37,279 nucleotides of DNA, from NCBI GenBank assembly GCA_024689165.1, contig JAILDS010000013.1, positions 1 through 37,279 on the forward strand, in the 5' to 3' direction. A program made the position numbers and the translations under genes. This DNA comes from Clostridia bacterium. Its GTDB lineage: Bacteria > Bacillota > Clostridia > Oscillospirales > Acutalibacteraceae. This document shows positions 7,064-13,770 of the stretch, piece by piece. Positions within the stretch are counted from its first letter, which is position 1. Every line of letters starts with the position of its first letter. Under the pieces are notes generated by a model, which was given only the letters and a program-made list of their open reading frames with translations, was not told where the DNA came from and did no database searches.

Positions 7064-8359
7064 TTACGCCGCCCCCTTTCCGGAGATGATGTCGAGCATT
7101 TCGGCGTCCGTATAATACCTCGCCAGAGAATACGTCCGCAGCTTGTTGGAATTGGTAGCGATATTCTTCATATGAGTCAGCGGGTTGTTCGTGTACATGA
7201 GCGGGCATATCGAAGACAGCGTCGCGCCGGAAGCTATGAGCTTCCTGTAAAGCGGCGTCGCGCGGAACCTGGCCGCCACGTCGGGCGAGGCGGTGAACAC
7301 CGTTCTGACCGCGACCCGGGTCCTGCCGTTTTTCGCAAGAGCGTCCGAAAGGTTCTCCGCCCAGCCGCACAGCTCCGAAAAAGTCAGGTGCGGGCAGCCG
7401 ATGAAACAGAGCTGAGCCTTCGCGTCCTTCTTTTTCCACATGACGGGATAAGACTCCCTGACCCGCTCGAGCTCCGCGTCGTCAATGACGTATGTATTGG
7501 CGTCGGGACTGATGAGCGCTTCGCCGAGCTCCTTCGCCTCCGGCGTCAGCCCGTCGATGTGGTACAGACCCACCGCTCCGTTGGAAGCGGTCGCGGCGCC
7601 GAAATTCTTCAGGTAAGCGACGGCGTCGTCATCGAGCTCGCTGCCGATATACTCCGTAAGCCCGTAAACGTAAGGAACGTCCTCGACCACCTTCATGCCG
7701 ATGGCGGAGCCCAGCAGCTGCGCCTCGGGCTTTTTCGTCGTTTTTACGTAAACCTTCCAGCTCGCCCTACGCCCTTCGTCGGTCACGAGCCCGAACTCCG
7801 GGACGTAGCCGACTATCGAGCCGAAGAGGTCGAGCATGCCGCTGTTGCGGTTGCATCTGGCGCCGAGAACGGAGTTCGCGAACACGACCGCGCTCGACTC
7901 CGCCCAGCTCAGGACGTCGCCCTTTTTCGGAGTGTTGCCGACCTCCGGCAGGTAGCTCGTGCAGGTAAAGCCGTTTGCATTGACGAGCCCGACGGCGCGC
8001 AGCTGTTTTTCGTACCTTTCCTGTTGAGAATACATGATCTTGTTGAAGATCAGTTTTTCCGCGGGGTTGCAGGGAACGTTTGCATAGTCGAGCGGCCTCG
8101 GGTCGACGGTAAAGCCGCCCGGCGCGGTCAGCCCGGCGTCTATAAGCTCGTCCATGGTGCGGAACAGGGGCTCGAGCAGCCCGATACCGAAGCTCGTGAC
8201 GAGGTGCCCCTCCCTGTGTGTAACGGGTACGAGCCGTTTCGCGCCGAAGATCTCGCCGAACTCAACGACGGTCCGCAGGATCTTCGCCATGGTCTCTCCC
8301 TCGGAGCCGCCGAGCACAGCCAGCTGTTCGGCTGTCAGTTCCATTTTATACTCCGACAT
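7064..8359 (-). CDS. Aconitase X large (catalytic) subunit (DUF521, PF04412)
   Basis: 431 aa beginning LTAEQLAVLGGSEGETMAKILRTVVEFGEIFGAKRLVPVTHREGHLV..., plus CNRNSGMLD and FIGCPH Cys blocks. It is translationally coupled to the DUF126 gene. Confidence 0.85.
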   Translation of the reverse strand: MSEYKMELTAEQLAVLGGSEGETMAKILRTVVEFGEIFGAKRLVPVTHREGHLVTSFGIGLLEPLFRTMDELIDAGLTAPGGFTVDPRPLDYANVPCNPAEKLIFNKIMYSQQERYEKQLRAVGLVNANGFTCTSYLPEVGNTPKKGDVLSWAESSAVVFANSVLGARCNRNSGMLDLFGSIVGYVPEFGLVTDEGRRASWKVYVKTTKKPEAQLLGSAIGMKVVEDVPYVYGLTEYIGSELDDDAVAYLKNFGAATASNGAVGLYHIDGLTPEAKELGEALISPDANTYVIDDAELERVRESYPVMWKKKDAKAQLCFIGCPHLTFSELCGWAENLSDALAKNGRTRVAVRTVFTASPDVAARFRATPLYRKLIASGATLSSICPLMYTNNPLTHMKNIATNSNKLRTYSLARYYTDAEMLDIISGKGAA

Positions 8360-8511
8360 ATCATCCCTTCTTTCACGGTCCCGGAGCCTTTCCGGGACCG
8401 CTGAATTTTATAAAACCGTATGCAATATATCACATACCGAAGCGAAATACAAGTGGGGGCTGCCGTTACGCCTTTTTTTGACCGGATCGCACGCTTTCGC
8501 TCTGAAACGTC

Positions 8512-8540
8512 TTGACTTTTCCGGCGGCAATGCTTAGACT
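8512..8540 (+). promoter_or_regulatory. Promoter of the DUF975 gene
   Basis: TTGACT (8512-8517), 17 nt, TAGACT (8535-8540). AAAGGAGG SD lies before ATG 8562. Confidence 0.5.
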
Positions 8541-8561
8541 GTAAGTAAAGGAGGTGTCAAT

Positions 8562-9209
8562 ATGGACAGAATACAGATCAAGTCTTTTGCAAAGCAGCAG
8601 CTCGGCAGCGGGATATTCACCGGGCAGTGGATGACTGCTCTGCTGTTCGTCCTGCTTTCCGGCGCTCTCATAAGCGCGGGATCGGTCATCCCGGTCGTCG
8701 GCTCGCTGCTTCTGTTCGGGCCTGTTTATTACGGCCAGAGCAAGGCTTTCCTCAAGAGGGCCAGGGACGAGCATGAAAGCTTTGACCTTGCCGACATCGT
8801 CTGCGGGTTCAAAGATGATTTTTCCGAGACCTTCCTGCTCGGGCTGATGATGGAAATCTTCATCGGTCTCTGGAGCCTGCTTTTCATCGTCCCGGGGATC
8901 GTAAAATCCTACGCCTATTCCATGGCTTTCTACGTCAAGGTCGACCATCCCGAGTACGGCTGGAAGCAGTGCCTTGACGAGAGCAAGCGCCTGACGAACG
9001 GCCATAAGGGCGAGCTGTTCGTGCTCGACCTGAGCTTCATCGGCTGGATACTCGTCAGCTGCCTGCTCTGCGGCCTCGGCATGTTCTGGGTCGATCCCTA
9101 CATGACCGCCGCCAAGACCAACGCCTATCTCTGGCTCTTATCCATCGACGCTCAGGCTCCGGAATACGTTCAGAACGGGTATGACAGCGGCGCGCCGTCG
9201 GCGTACTGA
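8562..9209 (+). CDS. DUF975-family integral membrane protein
   Basis: IKSFAKQQLGSGIF...GPVYYGQSKAFLKRARDE...IVPGIVKSYAYSMAFYV...GHKGELFVLDLSFIGWIL matches the DUF975 (PF06161) pattern, with 4-5 hydrophobic helices. Confidence 0.85.
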   Translation: MDRIQIKSFAKQQLGSGIFTGQWMTALLFVLLSGALISAGSVIPVVGSLLLFGPVYYGQSKAFLKRARDEHESFDLADIVCGFKDDFSETFLLGLMMEIFIGLWSLLFIVPGIVKSYAYSMAFYVKVDHPEYGWKQCLDESKRLTNGHKGELFVLDLSFIGWILVSCLLCGLGMFWVDPYMTAAKTNAYLWLLSIDAQAPEYVQNGYDSGAPSAY

Positions 9210-9211
9210 GA

Positions 9212-10315
9212 TCAGAAAAGAAGCTCATAAAGGCTGTCCGCTTTCATCTCGAGGTCATATACCTCCCGGGCGAAGGCGGGCAGCTTTTTTATGCCCGGAT
9301 AACCGAAAACGACGGGCAGCGAAACGCGCCGGAGCAATTCCTTCCCGTTTTCATTCGCGTCAAGGACGCGGCAATAAGGCACGGGGAACACCGTATAGTC
9401 GCGGCTTATCCCGAGGAAACAGCGCATCGCCGTCCTTTTGACGCGGGCAAGCGTGACGTTTTTGCTTTTGGCGCTGAGACAGACCCCGTCGAAGGTCGTT
9501 TCCGTTTTCGCCGCAGAAAAAAGGCGAGTACCGATCCCACCGCCCGCGTACGGAAGCTTCTGCAGCTCCTCCGCCGACGAGCCGCGTAAAGAGGCAAGGA
9601 CGCACAGGTCGAGCCGGGACCTGTCGTAAACCGGAGCTTCCGGCTCAAGAACGCCCGAAAACAGCTTTTCACGTATAAGAGTAGCTCCGTCAAAGCCTTC
9701 CGCGCGCTTTACTGGAACGAAACCGAGCGCCGAACCAGGACAGTGCAGAACGGGAGCGGACCGACCGCCGCTCAGCGGAACGGCCTCCGGACGGGCTGCG
9801 CAGGCTTCGGCAAGCTGGGCGACGTACGCAGCGCCGAGCGTGTCGTTCCTGCCGCAGAACAATTCCGCCGCTTCCGGGTCGATCAGTTTAGCGTTCTCGA
9901 AAAAGGCCTTCGCGTAGGTCATTTTTTCGCTTCCGTCAAGGGAAAACTCCGTGCCCCTGCACAGCCGGGCGGCTCTCGCAAGAAGGTCCGCGTCGCCGCT
10001 CTCGGAGCCGAAAACGAGCGCGTCCGCGCCGATGGCGAGGGCAAGCTGCATCCCTCCCCTGGCGAAAGAGTCCGTGCCCGACATCGCCCATGGCAGAGGC
10101 AGGGACACGACGAGATCGGCGCCGGCTTCGATCGCTTTCCTCGCCCGGAACGCCTTCGGATATACCGCAGGCTCGCCGCGCTGGACGAAATTGCCGCTCA
10201 TGATAACGGCTATATGCCCGAAGCCCGCCTCGCGGGCGCGGCGGATGAGATACCTGTGCCCGTCGTGGAGCGGGTTGAACTCGGCGATCACCGCCGCGGT
10301 CTTAACGGGGCCCAT
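9212..10315 (-). CDS. tmcAL: tRNA(Met) cytidine acetate ligase (TmcAL/YlbM, UPF0348 nucleotidyltransferase)
   Basis: N-terminus AAVIAEFNPLHDGHRYLIRRARE...IAVIMSGNFVQRGEPAV...ADLVVSLPLPWAMSGTDSFARGG...LVFGSE aligns by eye with B. subtilis YlbM (EYNPFHNGH...MSGHFLQRGEPA...FGSE). Confidence 0.85.
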   Translation of the reverse strand: MGPVKTAAVIAEFNPLHDGHRYLIRRAREAGFGHIAVIMSGNFVQRGEPAVYPKAFRARKAIEAGADLVVSLPLPWAMSGTDSFARGGMQLALAIGADALVFGSESGDADLLARAARLCRGTEFSLDGSEKMTYAKAFFENAKLIDPEAAELFCGRNDTLGAAYVAQLAEACAARPEAVPLSGGRSAPVLHCPGSALGFVPVKRAEGFDGATLIREKLFSGVLEPEAPVYDRSRLDLCVLASLRGSSAEELQKLPYAGGGIGTRLFSAAKTETTFDGVCLSAKSKNVTLARVKRTAMRCFLGISRDYTVFPVPYCRVLDANENGKELLRRVSLPVVFGYPGIKKLPAFAREVYDLEMKADSLYELLF

Positions 10316-10365
10316 CTCTGCTTCCCTCCTTCGGTTTGTTGCCGTTCCGCCGGCTCATATCTCGC

Positions 10366-10394
10366 TTGACAAATCTTTTGCGCGGGAATATACT
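10366..10394 (+). promoter_or_regulatory. ackA promoter
   Basis: TTGACA (10366-10371), 17 nt, TATACT (10389-10394). SD GGAGGT lies before ATG 10440. Confidence 0.55.
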
Positions 10395-10439
10395 AACACA
10401 AACAGTTCTTCTGTAGCAACAGCTTTTCGGAGGTAAAAC

Positions 10440-11651
10440 ATGAAAATTCTCGTGATCAACTGCGGCTCGTCCTCGCTCAAGTATCAGCTCATCGACATGG
10501 AGGACGAGTCCGTCGTCGCAAAGGGTATCTGCGAAAGGATCGGCTTCGGCGGCCATTTCGAGGGCAAGACCGCCCGCGAGGGCTTCGCGAAATTCGAATA
10601 CGATGTCGACTTCCCGACCCATACCGAGGCTTTCCGCGAGGTCACGGCCGCTCTGACCCAGGGCGAGCACAGAGTGCTCGACTCTCTTGACGAGATATCC
10701 GCCGTCGGCCACCGCATAGTCCAGGGCGGCGACCGTTTCTCCGGCTCCGTGCTCGTTACGCCCAAGGTCACTCAGGACATCCTTGAGCTTGCCGAGATCG
10801 CTCCCCTCCACAACAAGGCCCACGTCATGGGCATCGAGGCGGCCTTCAAGGTATTCGGCGAAAACATCCCCGAGGTCGTCGTTTTCGACACCGCTTTCCA
10901 TTCCACCATGCCGCCCGAGGCGTATATGTTCGCTATCCCCTATGAGTTCTATGAGAAATACCACATCAGGCGCTACGGCTTCCACGGAACTTCGCACAGG
11001 TACGTCTCCGGCGAATGCGCAAAGCTCATGGGCAGAGACATAAGTGAGCTCAAGATCGTCACCTGCCACCTCGGCAACGGCTCATCCATCACCGCTGTTA
11101 AGGGCGGCAAGGTCATCGACACGAGCATGGGTCTTACGCCTCTTGACGGTCTTATGATGGGCACAAGGAGCGGCGGTATCGACCCGTCGATCATCCCGTT
11201 CATCGCCGAAAAGGAAAACCTCTCCCCCGCCGAGATATCCGACCTCATTCAGAAAAAGAGCGGTTACCTGGGCGTATCGGGCCTTTCTTCCGACGACCGC
11301 GACCTTAAGACCGCGGCTGCCGAGGGCAACGAGAGGTGCGCCCTTGCAAGAAAAATGCTGAGCTACCAGATCAGGAAGTTCATCGGCTCGTACATCGCCG
11401 CAATGGAGGGCATCGACGCGATAGTCTTCACGGGCGGCATCGGCGAGAACGCGGACGACATCCGCGCCGACGTCATCAGGCATTTCGGGTACCTCGGGAT
11501 CGAACTGCTCGAGGATGAGAACAAAAAAGCCGTCAAGGGCGTCGGAGCCGAGATCTCCGCCCCCGGCAGCAAGATCAGGTCTTTCGTCATTCCCACCAAT
11601 GAAGAGCTCGTCATCGCAAGGGACACCATGGCGGTGGCTTTCGGGAAATAA
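10440..11651 (+). CDS. ackA: Acetate kinase
   Basis: MKILVINCGSSSLKYQL..., HRIVQGG, FDTAFH, RRYGFHGTSH and GGIGEN are all acetate/propionate kinase signatures. Confidence 0.97.
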   Translation: MKILVINCGSSSLKYQLIDMEDESVVAKGICERIGFGGHFEGKTAREGFAKFEYDVDFPTHTEAFREVTAALTQGEHRVLDSLDEISAVGHRIVQGGDRFSGSVLVTPKVTQDILELAEIAPLHNKAHVMGIEAAFKVFGENIPEVVVFDTAFHSTMPPEAYMFAIPYEFYEKYHIRRYGFHGTSHRYVSGECAKLMGRDISELKIVTCHLGNGSSITAVKGGKVIDTSMGLTPLDGLMMGTRSGGIDPSIIPFIAEKENLSPAEISDLIQKKSGYLGVSGLSSDDRDLKTAAAEGNERCALARKMLSYQIRKFIGSYIAAMEGIDAIVFTGGIGENADDIRADVIRHFGYLGIELLEDENKKAVKGVGAEISAPGSKIRSFVIPTNEELVIARDTMAVAFGK

Positions 11652-11672
11652 TCACAAACAGGAGAACGACTA

Positions 11673-12872
11673 ATGAACCTTTACAACATCTATTGCCGCC
11701 TTTTCCAGAAGGTCATGTTCGTCGGTACGCATCTGCTCAACTGGTCGTTCCCGAAGATCATCAAGGGGCAGGGCTCGGTGAAGGAGATACCGGGAATCCT
11801 CGCCTCCCACGGGATCGACAACGTCATCGTCGTGACTGATCCCGGTCTCACCAAGCTCGGTCTGCCCGACGGTATGCTTGCCGCTCTGAAGGACGCCGGA
11901 ATAGCCTATACGGTCTTCGACTCCGTCCAGGCCAACCCGACCGTAGACAACGTCGAAGCAGCCCGCGCGGAGTACATTTCCGCCGGCTGCAAGGGCATCA
12001 TCGCCTTCGGCGGCGGCTCCCCCATGGACTGCGCTAAGACGATGGGCGCAAGGATAGTACGCCCGAAAAAGAGCGTCCAGCAGCTCGCAGGGCTTCTCAA
12101 GATCCGCAGGAAGCTGCCCTTCATGATAGCCGTTCCGACCACGGCGGGCACGGGTTCCGAGACCACTCTCGCGGCGGTCATAACCGACTCCGCCACTCAC
12201 GAGAAGTTCCCGATCAACGACACCCATCTTCTTCCCGCTTACGCGGTGCTCGACCCCGAGCTGACCGTCGGGCTTCCGAAAAAGATAACCTCCACCACCG
12301 GCATGGACGCCCTGACTCACGCAGTCGAGGCCTACATCGGCTCGTCCAACACGAAGCAGACCGCTGAGAAAGCCGTCGAGGCGACCCAGCTCATCTTCAA
12401 GTACCTTGAAAGAGCTTACAACGAAGGCTCCGACATCGAGGCGAGGGAGCAGATGCTGCTTGCTTCTCATTACGCCGGCATCGCTTTCACGCGCGCTTAC
12501 GTCGGCTACGTCCACTCCATCGCTCACGCTCTCGGCGGGCTTTACGGCGTGCCGCACGGGCTGGCGAACTCCGTCATTCTTCCCGTCATGCTCGACTGGT
12601 ACGGAAAATCCGCATACAAGCGTCTTGCGCAGCTTGCATCGGCCGTCGGCATACAGGGCGGCTCGGACGAAGAGAAGGCAAAGCTTTTCATCTCCGACAT
12701 AAGAGCCATGAACAAGAGAATGGATATTCCCGAGAAGTTCGATTTCATCAAGGAAGAGGATATCGAGTTCATCGTGACCCGCGCCCTGCACGAGGCCAAC
12801 CCGCTCTATCCCGTCCCGAAGATCATGGACAGAGCCGACTGCGCCGCCGTCGTCAGGAGCCTTATGGCATAA
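11673..12872 (+). CDS. Iron-containing (group III) alcohol dehydrogenase
   Basis: GGGSPMDCAK, VPTTAGTGSE, and His-rich metal motifs (THAVEAY..., HSIAHALGGLYGVPHG). SD AGGAG precedes the start, which is 21 nt after ackA. Confidence 0.9.
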   Translation: MNLYNIYCRLFQKVMFVGTHLLNWSFPKIIKGQGSVKEIPGILASHGIDNVIVVTDPGLTKLGLPDGMLAALKDAGIAYTVFDSVQANPTVDNVEAARAEYISAGCKGIIAFGGGSPMDCAKTMGARIVRPKKSVQQLAGLLKIRRKLPFMIAVPTTAGTGSETTLAAVITDSATHEKFPINDTHLLPAYAVLDPELTVGLPKKITSTTGMDALTHAVEAYIGSSNTKQTAEKAVEATQLIFKYLERAYNEGSDIEAREQMLLASHYAGIAFTRAYVGYVHSIAHALGGLYGVPHGLANSVILPVMLDWYGKSAYKRLAQLASAVGIQGGSDEEKAKLFISDIRAMNKRMDIPEKFDFIKEEDIEFIVTRALHEANPLYPVPKIMDRADCAAVVRSLMA

Positions 12873-12891
12873 TCATAATTCCGTTTCTGAG

Positions 12892-12918
12892 CGCCCGACA
12901 CGGGTCGGGCGTTTTTTT
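12892..12918 (+). terminator. Intrinsic terminator of the ackA-adh unit
   Basis: CGCCCGAC (12892-12899), loop ACGG, GTCGGGCG (12904-12911), then T7. Confidence 0.85.
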
Positions 12919-12931
12919 GTTGTTATTATTA

Positions 12932-12969
12932 AATATTTGTATATTTATTTAATATGTGTATATTTATTT
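12932..12969. repeat. Tandem 19-bp direct repeat (18/19 identical) in an extremely AT-rich tract
   Basis: AATATtTGTATATTTATTT (12932-12950) is followed immediately by AATATgTGTATATTTATTT (12951-12969). The second copy ends 23 nt upstream of the -35 box of the ABC operon promoter. Confidence 0.9.
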
Positions 12970-12992
12970 GCGGTAAATTCATTATTTCTTTA

Positions 12993-13021
12993 TTGACTGA
13001 AAACATGGGCTCGGGTATAAT
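12993..13021 (+). promoter_or_regulatory. Near-consensus promoter of the ABC/PrsW operon
   Basis: TTGACT (12993-12998), 17 nt, TATAAT (13016-13021). Confidence 0.65.
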
Positions 13022-13062
13022 GTAATCTGTATATCCGTATTATTCAGAACGGCGGGCAGCGT

Positions 13063-13764
13063 ATGAGTTTTATAGAGCTTGAACAGGTCTACAAAAGATA
13101 CAAAATGGGAGAGGTCACGATAAACGCCCTCGACGGCACAACTTTTTCCGTCGAGCAGGGCGAGCTTTGCATTATACTCGGGCCCTCCGGCGCCGGCAAG
13201 ACGACGGTGCTCAATATCCTCGGCGGCATAGACGCCTGCAACGACGGCAAGGTCAGGATCAACGGCAGCCTCATCAACGGGCTCGACAAAAAGCGTCTGG
13301 CTAAATACCGCCGCCAGAGCGTAGGCTTCGTTTTTCAGTTTTACAACCTTGTCGCCAACCTGACCGCGCTTGAGAACGTCGAGCTCGCGACGCAGATCAG
13401 CGAAAAGCCGCTCGACCCGATCGTCATGCTCAGAAACGTCGGCCTCGGCGACAGGATGAACAACTTCCCGTCGCAGCTTTCCGGCGGCGAGCAGCAGAGG
13501 GTATCCATAGCGCGGGCGCTCGCCAAAAACCCCTCGCTGCTTCTGTGCGACGAGCCCACCGGCGCGCTCGATTACAAAACCGGCAAGCAGATCCTTTCTC
13601 TGCTGCAGCAGACCTCCATCGAGACCGGCATGACGGTCATCATAGTCACCCACAACACGGCCCTGACCCCCATGGCGGACAGGGTGATAACCATGCGCAA
13701 CGGCAGGGTGTCGCGCATCGCGGTCAACGACACTCCCCTGAACGTTGAAGATCTTGAGTGGTAA
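13063..13764 (+). CDS. ABC transporter ATP-binding protein, MacB/LolD/FtsE type
   Basis: Walker [10 protein letters not shown], signature [15 protein letters not shown], Walker [13 protein letters not shown] and H-loop VTHN. Confidence 0.94.
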   Translation: MSFIELEQVYKRYKMGEVTINALDGTTFSVEQGELCIILGPSGAGKTTVLNILGGIDACNDGKVRINGSLINGLDKKRLAKYRRQSVGFVFQFYNLVANLTALENVELATQISEKPLDPIVMLRNVGLGDRMNNFPSQLSGGEQQRVSIARALAKNPSLLLCDEPTGALDYKTGKQILSLLQQTSIETGMTVIIVTHNTALTPMADRVITMRNGRVSRIAVNDTPLNVEDLEW

Positions 13765-13770
13765 AACCAA

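Noticed and set aside
7172-8404. 410-aa plus-strand ORF
   Set aside because: It is fully antisense to the AcnX large subunit. Its Arg/Pro/Gly/Ala-rich composition is typical of shadow ORFs in GC-rich DNA, and it has no SD.
8466-9005. 179-aa minus-strand ORF
   Set aside because: It is antisense to the DUF975 membrane protein gene, which has a consensus promoter and SD.
10302-12791. 255-aa (10302-11069) and 373-aa (11670-12791) minus-strand ORFs
   Set aside because: They are antisense to the unmistakable ackA and Fe-ADH genes, with Arg/Gly/Asp/Val-rich junk composition.
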